Made by a program: the position numbers and the translations under genes
Part shown: in pieces, positions 41,068 to 50,393 of the stretch
How positions within the stretch are numbered: the stretch's first letter is position 1
How the letters are laid out: every line of letters starts with the position of its first letter
From: Candidatus Heimdallarchaeum endolithica
GTDB taxonomy: Archaea; Asgardarchaeota; Heimdallarchaeia; Heimdallarchaeales; Heimdallarchaeaceae
Length of the DNA stretch: 64,000 nt
Assembly (NCBI GenBank): GCA_021513715.1
Contig: CP084167.1
Span: 896,001-960,000 of the forward strand
Direction of reading: 5' to 3'
The notes under the pieces: model-generated
Told to the model about the DNA's origin: nothing
Database searches by the model: none
What the model saw: the letters and a program-made list of their open reading frames with translations, nothing else

Positions 41068-42537
41068 TTATTCTTCTGAATTGATTTTAGGAATAACTTC
41101 GATTTTTTCTTTTTCATCTATTACTATAGGCTCTTTGAAACTTATCCAGTAAGTCTTGTTCATTATTGTATCGACATCTAATCTGTTTGAAACTTCTTTT
41201 GTTCCCAAACTTGCTAATCTTACAATAAACCACTCAAAACTGTATTTGAAGTTTTTCTTGCTCCACGCAACAATCAACAAATGGTAGCAATAAGTTACAA
41301 AAAGAGCCACTAAGAGAACATATCCTGCTTTTTCATAAGGAAGCTTATCTCTAACTAAGTCATCGTCGACAAGAAAACTGAATATCCAACGAGGAAGCAA
41401 AGAGAAAATCTGGAGTGAATAAACTGTCAGAGCTACTATTCCCCATAGCCTCATTGTTCGCACAAATCTTCTATTTGCAAACTTTTCAGGATTTCCTTTA
41501 TATTCTACATAGTTTAGTAATAAAGCTACTACTCCGATCCAAGCAAAAAGAAGAAACATAAAATAAGAAAGATTAGGTCTATTCCAAGTAAAATCAAAGC
41601 GAACTAATGGATCTTTTGTTATTTCACCGACAACCAACAAGATTCCTCCTAAAATCGCAAAACCTAAACTTGTCATCCCTAAATATTGTGGAATTTTATT
41701 TGAGGGTTTAGGTTTAGCTAGTAGTATCCCTATTATTGAACCAATAAATGATACAGATAAGAAGGGGAATAAGGGTTCTAAATCTCCTGTAAGAACAACA
41801 AAAATATAAGTTACAAAGTTGTGATAACTTCGAGCTGTCCCTTCGTTAGGCCATATAGGATAAAGAGGATCAATTAACCTCCAAATTGGATAACTTAAAG
41901 CTAAGATAGCAAAAGTTAATCCAGCATAAACAAGAATATTACGTTTAATCTTCAAATATCCTTTGTTTTTAATTAGAAAATAGTGAACAATACCATTAAT
42001 TATCATACACCAACCGATTGCTTGCAAAGTCTCCATTGTAAAGAAAGCCCTACCAAATCTTTGCCAGAAATCTTCTACTGTGTGAATAGCCCAAGGTGTA
42101 GTTCCTTTTGATCTTATTGAAGAACCAATGTATCCATAGTAAAACAATCCTTCTGTAATTGCTCCTACAATCAGTAATCCCACGCCTGTAAGTATCTGTT
42201 TAGCTAAAATTTTATTAGGGTCATATCCTTTTGCTGCTTTTTTAGTCATAGCCAAAACGTTAACTATAGCTGAAATTAAGAGAAAATAACCTGCCCACCC
42301 ACTTAAAAAAGCTAATAGAAAAACACTAATAATAATGAGTGGACTCTTTTGTAAAAGCTGGTCAATGTTAGTAGCCCAAGAAATATCATAAATGTGTTGT
42401 ATTTCATGTAAAACAACCATCATAAAAATCGCCAACCCTCTCTGAAAGTCTAGAGAGGCTATTCTTTTCATTTGTTTTATTTCATTCATTTCAACTGATT
42501 CTTTTGTTAAATTTGACATTTTACGCTCTCTTTTCAA
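41068..42537 (-). CDS. HGSNAT/DUF1624-like membrane acyltransferase
   Basis: RIASLDFQRGLAIFMMVVLH, TLQAIG, PLFPFL; many TMs. Confidence 0.65.
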   Translation of the reverse strand: MKRERKMSNLTKESVEMNEIKQMKRIASLDFQRGLAIFMMVVLHEIQHIYDISWATNIDQLLQKSPLIIISVFLLAFLSGWAGYFLLISAIVNVLAMTKKAAKGYDPNKILAKQILTGVGLLIVGAITEGLFYYGYIGSSIRSKGTTPWAIHTVEDFWQRFGRAFFTMETLQAIGWCMIINGIVHYFLIKNKGYLKIKRNILVYAGLTFAILALSYPIWRLIDPLYPIWPNEGTARSYHNFVTYIFVVLTGDLEPLFPFLSVSFIGSIIGILLAKPKPSNKIPQYLGMTSLGFAILGGILLVVGEITKDPLVRFDFTWNRPNLSYFMFLLFAWIGVVALLLNYVEYKGNPEKFANRRFVRTMRLWGIVALTVYSLQIFSLLPRWIFSFLVDDDLVRDKLPYEKAGYVLLVALFVTYCYHLLIVAWSKKNFKYSFEWFIVRLASLGTKEVSNRLDVDTIMNKTYWISFKEPIVIDEKEKIEVIPKINSEE

Positions 42538-42671
42538 AGTTTTTTCCGCTGTCTTTTAAAACTTTCTTTAATCTTTGTATATAACTAATAGAAGGAGAGA
42601 AAATAGAGCGAGTTTATTTCAATTCAATTAACCAAATAAAAATTAAATTAAAAACTAAATGATAAAAGCAC

Positions 42672-44021
42672 TTATTCTTTTTCATTATCCTTCTCTATAA
42701 ATTTAAAGAAACTGGCTTTTTCATTTGGGTAAATTAATGTTGACATTCCTACTGAAGTTCTGTTAATTATCTCCTTCCCTTCAAGTTTGTTCAAAATTCG
42801 AGAGACTGTAGCTTGGGATAAACCTGTTTTTGCAGCAACAGACGCTTGATTTTGTCCTGGTTTTTCTATTATTATTCTCATAATCTTCTCTTCCTTCTCA
42901 TTCAGGAATTTGGAAAGCTTGCCTAAATCGTATTTTTTTGTTTTCTTCTTTTCTATTTTTGCTACTTCTTCCTTGCTGTTCTGCCAGATAAAGAAAATTA
43001 TCACTAAACTAGCAATCAAGAAAGAAAAAAGAAAAATAGATACTATCATCCAAGGGTTAATATCAGCAACAACATAAGCATGAACTGTACATTCTGTTAC
43101 TTGTTTGGACAAATTAGATTGGAAAATTATTTTACCCGATTGTTCTCCAGCTTGAAGTTTTATTTCAATAGTTACTTTTTTTTGTTCCAAAGGAAGAAGA
43201 TCAATAGTTTTGTATTTAGTTGAAATCCAAGTAACGTTAGCTGTAATGTTTACCTGTTGATGAACATTCAAGATATTTGTTAAAGTAAAAATCTGTTTAA
43301 TTTTATTAGCACTTCGAGGAATATATCCTACTTCCCATACCAGCGGAGAAACTAAAAAGACATTTTCCAAAGATTTGTACTTAATTAATAAAACAAAGTT
43401 GCTTGAATCAGCGTAGTTCCAAGTAAGTTTCAATTTTTCTCCTATAGTACTGATTGTTTGTGGTTCAGGATTAGAGGAATATAAAGAAAGACTGTTTGTT
43501 AGAAAAGTGGTTATTGAAAGAATAGAGACTGATTGGGTGAAAAAAATCCTAAAATCAAAATTTAAAGTCCCTTGTTCTTCTTTATTTTCGCTTAAAAATG
43601 CAATATAGAAAGAGTATTTTTCGCCTACTGAAAGAGCGCGAGGCAATCTGTAAATTATCTCAGTATATCCACTTGTTAAGTTATAGAAAGCAGAGATAAG
43701 GAGATTTCTTCCCAAACTATCAGAAACTAGTAACTGAGAGACATTCCCCCAAATAAAAACCTTGTCTGTAATTGAAGTAGAGTTTTCTTTAGTTTGTAAA
43801 TACTCAACACTTACATTACAACGTGAAGAGAAAAAATAAATATCAATCACTATATCAACAGAAACAATTTTGGCAGAGTTAACAAGTTTAGGTTCTTTGT
43901 AATGCGATAGCTCAGGAGAGTAGTAAGCCTTAAAATTTAAGTTTACAGCAAATAATGGCTGAAATAGTAATAGAACAAAAACAAAAATAAGAAATTTTTT
44001 TACAGATGAAGATTTTATCAT
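42672..44021 (-). CDS. membrane-anchored regulator: signal peptide, extracellular beta domains, TM, C-terminal winged HTH
   Basis: LNEKEEKIMRII...NQASVAAKTGLSQATVSRILNKLEGKEII after a single TM. Confidence 0.8.
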   Translation of the reverse strand: MIKSSSVKKFLIFVFVLLLFQPLFAVNLNFKAYYSPELSHYKEPKLVNSAKIVSVDIVIDIYFFSSRCNVSVEYLQTKENSTSITDKVFIWGNVSQLLVSDSLGRNLLISAFYNLTSGYTEIIYRLPRALSVGEKYSFYIAFLSENKEEQGTLNFDFRIFFTQSVSILSITTFLTNSLSLYSSNPEPQTISTIGEKLKLTWNYADSSNFVLLIKYKSLENVFLVSPLVWEVGYIPRSANKIKQIFTLTNILNVHQQVNITANVTWISTKYKTIDLLPLEQKKVTIEIKLQAGEQSGKIIFQSNLSKQVTECTVHAYVVADINPWMIVSIFLFSFLIASLVIIFFIWQNSKEEVAKIEKKKTKKYDLGKLSKFLNEKEEKIMRIIIEKPGQNQASVAAKTGLSQATVSRILNKLEGKEIINRTSVGMSTLIYPNEKASFFKFIEKDNEKE

Positions 44022-44096
44022 TTTCTTATTTACTAAGGATTACGTGTTTTTAATTCTTATCAAATAAAAAAATAAAAAGAAAAAAAGAGAATAATT

Positions 44097-45575
44097 CTAG
44101 AATTCAATATCAGCATAATCAAAGAATTCAAGATAAGTTACTTCTAATCCTCCATTTCCATTATCGTCTATTATTTCTATCCATAACCCACCGTTATCAT
44201 CTGAATAAAGTTCTACATACCAGTAACCATATGAAAAACTTATCCACAGCTCATAATCAAGATTATCTTGTATGAATTGTTGAACTTCAGGCAAAGTTAA
44301 AACAAACTCTTCTACTTCTTGTTCTGTATGGAGAGGAGGTTCAGGGATATAGTATTCTAAATAGATTACTTCTCCAGTAATGTCATCTATTTCTGCAAAA
44401 AGATAAGCCTCCCAAGAGAAAGAAGAGTAAATGTCTATATACCAGTATCCAAAACCATCGTACCAGATGTACATTTCTGTATCATCTACGTTTGCTAGAA
44501 ATTCTTGGACTTCTGGTAAATCTAAAACAATTGCCTTTATCTCTTCTTCTGTATGAATTGCAGGAGTAGTCATCAGTTTATCTATAATTTCTCCTGTTGT
44601 ATCGTCAATATATAGCTCGATCCAATCAGTATAGTTGTAGTTATAAAAACCTACTACCCAAGTAACGTTGGTAGAATAATCAATTGGATAACCTATTTCT
44701 CCATTTTCGGTATCTACTGTTTCTGTAGTATTAGTTCCGTCGTCTCCATGGTTATCATTTATTTCTCCTACTTCAGGAACAGTCATATTATCTCCAAATT
44801 CCTCATCGTAACAGTAAAACCAATCCATTAAATAAACATAGACTTCGTAATCAGGATTGTTTGTAACAAAAGTTTGAACATCAGGGTCTGTCAGTGCTAT
44901 TTCTACAACCTCTTGTGGAGTAAGAGTAGTATTGTATATATCCTTTGAAGAATAAACATCTACTATCGCTCCTGTAATATCGTCAATAGTAACAGTACAC
45001 CATGAAAAGTAATAGTCATCATAAAAATCAACAAACCAGTATTGATAAAAGTCATAGTAGGCATATACTTCATATTCAGGATTTTGCTCTATAAAGTTTT
45101 TAACTTCCTCATTCTCTAAAGCAATGGCTATAACTTGCTCCTCTGTTAGATTAGACTCATCCGAATAATAGAATGCTTCACTTTCAACAACTTCACCATT
45201 ATTATCTTCAACAATAGCATAAGCATAACTCATCCAGTCATCAGCATAAAACTCTACATACCAATAACCAAATCCATCGTAATAACAATATTCTTCCACA
45301 CTAGAATAATTAGAAAGAAATTCTTGTATTATAGGATCGCTTTTAGCTATGTTTTTCACTTGCTCCTCAGTTAATTTGGCAGGTATTGTATCATTATATT
45401 CTGTATAACCTGTATTGTCAAGATTATTTTCATCATTTCCCTTTTCATTATTAATAAAAACAGGTGGTAATTCTTTGTTCTTTTTAGCATTTGTTCCAAC
45501 TACTATTCCAATTGCAATAGAAGAAATGAACAAGCTCATGAAAGCAGTAACCAAAATTTTTTGCTTCAAATTCAT
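44097..45575 (-). CDS. secreted acidic protein with five PepSY-like repeats
   Basis: Repeated TEEQV..IA...PEVQ.F...YWYV...IDD.TGEII units; ATG at 45575 preceded by GGTGA. Confidence 0.7.
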   Translation of the reverse strand: MNLKQKILVTAFMSLFISSIAIGIVVGTNAKKNKELPPVFINNEKGNDENNLDNTGYTEYNDTIPAKLTEEQVKNIAKSDPIIQEFLSNYSSVEEYCYYDGFGYWYVEFYADDWMSYAYAIVEDNNGEVVESEAFYYSDESNLTEEQVIAIALENEEVKNFIEQNPEYEVYAYYDFYQYWFVDFYDDYYFSWCTVTIDDITGAIVDVYSSKDIYNTTLTPQEVVEIALTDPDVQTFVTNNPDYEVYVYLMDWFYCYDEEFGDNMTVPEVGEINDNHGDDGTNTTETVDTENGEIGYPIDYSTNVTWVVGFYNYNYTDWIELYIDDTTGEIIDKLMTTPAIHTEEEIKAIVLDLPEVQEFLANVDDTEMYIWYDGFGYWYIDIYSSFSWEAYLFAEIDDITGEVIYLEYYIPEPPLHTEQEVEEFVLTLPEVQQFIQDNLDYELWISFSYGYWYVELYSDDNGGLWIEIIDDNGNGGLEVTYLEFFDYADIEF

Positions 45576-45693
45576 GTTTTCACCACTATAACATTCTATG
45601 AAATAAGACTTATACCTTACTTGAAAGATATGTTTCAAAAAATGAAATTAAAGTTTAGAGAGTAAAAAAAATGTAAAGAACAATTGTTTTCTT

Positions 45694-46608
45694 CTAAAAA
45701 AATTGTTTTTTTAGACTTTCTTGTGAATTATAAGGCTCTATATGGATAACAATATCCTTGAAAGATCCTGTGTCCTCAAGTTTTTTCTTAAGTTTCTCAG
45801 CAATAAAGTGCGCGTCTTTTACCATCATATCTTCATCTACAAGGAGATGAAAATCTCCTGTCCATTGATCATAAATTCTACGTAATCTAACAAGATGGAC
45901 CTCTTTAACATGTTCACACTCTAAACCTTTTTCTTCAATAAGTTTAACTATATCTTCAGGAGGACCTCTATCTAATAAAATAGGTAAACTGTCTTTAGCG
46001 ATATCATAACCAGTAAGGATGATAACAACGACAATTAATAAAGCTAACACAGGGTCTAACCAGTAAACTTCGAAATAAGCCCCAATAATTGCTCCAACAA
46101 CTAAAAAAGAAGCAATAACGTCACTACGAAAGTTTTTGCTCAGTGAAAGTATAGAAGGAGAATTGAGCTTCTTTCCAATAACAAATAAAACATAAGACAA
46201 AAAGAACTTACCAACAATACTCGTTAAAGCAACAATAAGAATAATCCACTTAAAAACTAAAAAATCTTGGTTAATCAGTCTACTAATCGCTTCTTCTGCA
46301 ATCTGATAAGAAGAAAAAATCATGAATACAACAATAGCTAAACTTAGAAGAAATTGGAACTTTTCATGACCAAAAGGATAATCACGGTCAGCAGGTTTCT
46401 TACCCATCTTCTCGCCAACACCAGCAAAAATAGACATAATAAGATCAAGCAAAGAATCAAAACCATCAGCCAATAAACTAACAGAATTAAATAATATTCC
46501 AACAACGATTTTAAGAGTCATTAATATTGAATTAATAAATAAAGACAATCCAGTAGCAATAAAATTTAAATAAAATTTTGCCATAAAGGATTTTTTTTTG
46601 ATATCCAA
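45694..46608 (-). CDS. cation diffusion facilitator (FieF-like)
   Basis: SLLADGFDS, PADRDYPFGHEK, IVIHIEP. Confidence 0.9.
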   Translation of the reverse strand: MDIKKKSFMAKFYLNFIATGLSLFINSILMTLKIVVGILFNSVSLLADGFDSLLDLIMSIFAGVGEKMGKKPADRDYPFGHEKFQFLLSLAIVVFMIFSSYQIAEEAISRLINQDFLVFKWIILIVALTSIVGKFFLSYVLFVIGKKLNSPSILSLSKNFRSDVIASFLVVGAIIGAYFEVYWLDPVLALLIVVVIILTGYDIAKDSLPILLDRGPPEDIVKLIEEKGLECEHVKEVHLVRLRRIYDQWTGDFHLLVDEDMMVKDAHFIAEKLKKKLEDTGSFKDIVIHIEPYNSQESLKKQFF

Positions 46609-46714
46609 TAAACTTTTCTTTATGTATAAAGCTAATCAAGAATCACAGTATATTTGTTTAAGATAAAAAAAACTATGGTTATAAAATCTTGAATATCTAT
46701 AATTAAAAAAAGAG

Positions 46715-47686
46715 CTATAGATTGCTATTTTTTTCAACCCAGCTTATGTATTTTTTTAATCCTTCATCAATTGTTACTTTTGGTTCATAATCAAGAAGTT
46801 CTTTAGCTTTCGTTATATCAGCCAAAGTTTCAACTGCATCAGATCTATATTTTGCCTTATAGATAATTTTTGCTTTTTTACCAGTATATTGTTCTATCTT
46901 TTTAATTAAAGAAGAAAGAGAAATTGACTTTCCTGTCCCTAAATTAATAATCTCAAATTTTAACCTTTTTTTAGTAGCTTTCATAAATCCTTTAACAATA
47001 TCGTCAACATAAGTAAAATCACGCTTTGTTGACCCATCACCATAAACAACAATTGGTTTATCTTGTCTAATTGCATGAACAAAACGATGGATAGCCATAT
47101 CAGGACGTTGATGTGGTCCATAAACAGAAAAAAGTCTTAAAGAACAAAAATTAACACTATATAAGTAAGAATAGGTTTCACCATATAATTCACAAGAACG
47201 TTTACTTACACCATAAGGAGATGTAGGATGAGGAAGCATTGTTTCTTTTAAAGCTCCATTATTATTTCCATAGACAGAAGATGAACTACTAAAAATAAAT
47301 TGATTAATATCATACAATCTACACAACTCTAAGAGATTGTTTGTTGCCTTTATATTATTATCAACGTATTTCAAAGGCTCTAATATTGATTCTCTTACTC
47401 CCACATTTGCTGCTAAATGAATAATTATATCAATATTATACTTCTTTAATATTTTTTTGATTTTTGAAAAATTAAGCAAATCTGCTTTTATAAATGAGAA
47501 ATTATTATGTTCTTTTAGTTTTTTAAGTCTATTTGTTTGAATTGAAGAATCATAACTAGCACTTAAATTATCTATTCCAATTACATTACTGTTCAGAAGT
47601 AAAAGATTGTTGCATAAATTAAAACCTATAAATCCTGTACAGCCAGTAACTAGAACATTCTGAACTTTAAAATTTTTCTTGCTCAT
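46715..47686 (-). CDS. NAD-dependent sugar epimerase (UDP-glucuronate 4-epimerase-like)
   Basis: TGCTGFIG, HLAANVGVR, SSSSVYG, YGVSK, RPDMA. Confidence 0.9.
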   Translation of the reverse strand: MSKKNFKVQNVLVTGCTGFIGFNLCNNLLLLNSNVIGIDNLSASYDSSIQTNRLKKLKEHNNFSFIKADLLNFSKIKKILKKYNIDIIIHLAANVGVRESILEPLKYVDNNIKATNNLLELCRLYDINQFIFSSSSSVYGNNNGALKETMLPHPTSPYGVSKRSCELYGETYSYLYSVNFCSLRLFSVYGPHQRPDMAIHRFVHAIRQDKPIVVYGDGSTKRDFTYVDDIVKGFMKATKKRLKFEIINLGTGKSISLSSLIKKIEQYTGKKAKIIYKAKYRSDAVETLADITKAKELLDYEPKVTIDEGLKKYISWVEKNSNL

Positions 47687-47752
47687 TTACCTAAAAAAAG
47701 TGCTGCTGTATAAAAATAGTTTGTTACTTAATCAAAAAAAACGATAAATTAA

Positions 47753-48760
47753 CTATATTACTCCATTCCTGATAAACGAATAGTCACCTACTTTAAGAGA
47801 ATGAGCTTTTAATCCTATGACTTCACTGTTTGTTCCAACAACAGAATCAGAAATAAATACCCTTTCTAGTTTGGAATTTTCTAATATAACAGAATTTTTA
47901 ATCTCACTGTTTTCCACCTTAACACCCTTTTCGATCATTACATAGGGTCCAATTGTGGAAGAATTAATTTCACAGTCTTCAGCAATATATACTGGAGGAA
48001 CTATATTCGAATTCTTAATATTCCCAAGTATTTTATGAGTTTTTTCATTTAAATAGTGTTTATTTACAGCTAATAAATCTTCGGGATAACCAATGTCTAA
48101 TCTCCAACCATTGATTTTAGAAACCTTGACCTTATAGTTATTGTCCACTAATCTTTGTATTGCATCAGTAAGTTCATATTCTCCACGAGCAGAAGGCTGT
48201 AATCCAGATATCATCTGAAATATTATAGGCGAGAATACATAAAAACCTGAAATAACATAATTACTCTTTGGGTTTTTCGGTTTTTCTTCTAAAGATATAA
48301 CATTATCATTTTCGTCGATTTCAACTACTCCAAAACGTTGAGGATTTTCATGTTCTTCAATGTGCAAAGTTGCTGCTGCATTTGATGAAGTATGAAGATC
48401 AATTACCTTCTTTAAGTTTGCAGAAAATAGATTATCACCTAATAGAACGACAAAATCGTTAGATATTTTGTCCTCTATCAGATTTACTGCAGCTGCTAAA
48501 CCATGAGCTTGATTTGTATGTTGAATTACATAAGAAATATTTATTCCTAAATCTTCACCGTTTTTAAAATAATCAATAATTGCATTTCTTTGATATCCAA
48601 CAACAATGATAATATCATCAATATCTAGCATGTCACGCATATATTCAATTGAACGGTGTAAAATGGGTTTGCCAGCAACAGGTAAGAGATGCTTTGGTCT
48701 GAAACTGGTGAATGGTAACAAGCGACTACCGTGCCCAGCTGCAAGAACTACTCCTTTCAT
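47753..48760 (-). CDS. glucose-1-phosphate thymidylyltransferase (long form)
   Basis: LAAGHGSRL, PKHL, LGDN, EEKP, SARGEYELTD; C-terminal hexapeptide region. Confidence 0.9.
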   Translation of the reverse strand: MKGVVLAAGHGSRLLPFTSFRPKHLLPVAGKPILHRSIEYMRDMLDIDDIIIVVGYQRNAIIDYFKNGEDLGINISYVIQHTNQAHGLAAAVNLIEDKISNDFVVLLGDNLFSANLKKVIDLHTSSNAAATLHIEEHENPQRFGVVEIDENDNVISLEEKPKNPKSNYVISGFYVFSPIIFQMISGLQPSARGEYELTDAIQRLVDNNYKVKVSKINGWRLDIGYPEDLLAVNKHYLNEKTHKILGNIKNSNIVPPVYIAEDCEINSSTIGPYVMIEKGVKVENSEIKNSVILENSKLERVFISDSVVGTNSEVIGLKAHSLKVGDYSFIRNGVI

Positions 48761-48921
48761 TAATTAGTAAAACTACATCTAGTATTTAAAAATTAGGATT
48801 TAGATTAAAAAAAAAATTTAAAATGAAAGAAACAACAAAAAACTAGATAACAATAGCTTTCTCAGATAAATTAAAGAAAAAATATAACCTAGTCTATGAA
48901 TAACAAATTTTAAAAACTTAC

Positions 48922-50136
48922 TTGAAAATCAATTTTGAAGAGAGTAGAACTAAAATGGAAGGAAGAAATATTTTTAAGAAGGTTGGATTTTTTTGTGCAG
49001 CTTTTTCATTTTTGCTTTTAACGTTAATGTTATTTGTGTTTTTAATCATAGAATTTGTCCAATCAGCAATACTATGGATATCTATGCTATCAGAAATAAA
49101 ACAAGGTTTGTCATTATATATATTATCGTTATCGTTAATAATAATATTTACCTTTGGAATTATACTTTACATAATTGGAGAATTTGTACAATTTTTCTTT
49201 GGTAAATATCAATCCTTACTTTTGGATAAAAAAGAATATGTTTTATCTCCAGAAGAAAAAGAAATGGTTACAGTAATCATCCCTGCTTACAATGAAGAAG
49301 AAACTATTGAGAAAGCTATTAAAGAAGTAAAGCCTTACTGTAATCATGTAGTAGTAATAAATGATGGTTCTACTGACAATACAAAACAAAAGGCTGAGAT
49401 GGCAGGTGCAATAGTAGTTAACCATAAACTAAATCAAGGTTTAGGAAAATCACTTCGAGATGGAGTGAGAAAAGCTTTATCTCTAGGATCAGAAATTATA
49501 ATAAACTTTGATGCAGACCTTCAATATAAAGCAAAAGATATTCCAAGTCTAGTTTACTATATAATACATGAAGATTATGACTTAATGATGGGCTCAAGGT
49601 TGGCAGGAAAAATCGAAAAGATGCATTGGTTTAAAAAATTTGGTAATAAATTATACACAAAACTATTAAGGTATTTAACAAAAGTGGGTATTTCAGATGG
49701 TCAAACAGGATTTAGAGCTTTTAGTGCCGAATTTGCAAAACAAATAAAAATTAGAGGAGACTTTACTTATACTCAAGAAATGATACTAGAAGCAGTATCA
49801 AAAAAATCTAAAATAGGTGAAGTACCTATTTATTTCAGAAAACGAGATTCAGGTTCATCAAGACTAATGAAAAACCCAATGCACTTTGCCAAAGCAAGTG
49901 GAATATTTTTACTGAAAGTTTTAGTGGATCTAAATCCTTTGAAAGTATATTCATTATTTAGCTCTTTCTTAATTATTATTGGATACTATTTAGGTGGAAA
50001 ATACGTGTTAGATTGGTTTGTTATTGGAGAGATAAGTAATCCATTTTGGGCAACAATTGGTGTAATAATTGTGATGACTGCTATAATCATACTTTCTTTT
50101 GGATTTTTAATAAGCGCAACTAAGCATGATAATTAG
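48922..50136 (+). CDS. GT2 polyprenol-phosphate glycosyltransferase (DPM1-like)
   Basis: IPAYNEE, NDGSTD, DADLQY, GSR, DGQTGFRA; N- and C-terminal TMs. Confidence 0.88.
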   Translation: MKINFEESRTKMEGRNIFKKVGFFCAAFSFLLLTLMLFVFLIIEFVQSAILWISMLSEIKQGLSLYILSLSLIIIFTFGIILYIIGEFVQFFFGKYQSLLLDKKEYVLSPEEKEMVTVIIPAYNEEETIEKAIKEVKPYCNHVVVINDGSTDNTKQKAEMAGAIVVNHKLNQGLGKSLRDGVRKALSLGSEIIINFDADLQYKAKDIPSLVYYIIHEDYDLMMGSRLAGKIEKMHWFKKFGNKLYTKLLRYLTKVGISDGQTGFRAFSAEFAKQIKIRGDFTYTQEMILEAVSKKSKIGEVPIYFRKRDSGSSRLMKNPMHFAKASGIFLLKVLVDLNPLKVYSLFSSFLIIIGYYLGGKYVLDWFVIGEISNPFWATIGVIIVMTAIIILSFGFLISATKHDN

Positions 50137-50393
50137 AAAAATTATTCTTTTATTTTTATTTTTTCTTGATTTATAGCGAATGATAGCTTAAAAGTCTTTT
50201 AACTTTAAGAATAGGAGGTACACCTTCGAGCAACAATTAGATTGGTGAGTCCATAAATTGTTCTCATGTGTAAAAAGTTCAAAGATTTATTAGAAGATAT
50301 GTTAATATAGTAAGAATATAGAAGCAAAAATTAGATTCATAATGAATTTGACCAACTGTCGGTAGCGTACAAATAGATAACTTCATAATTGAA

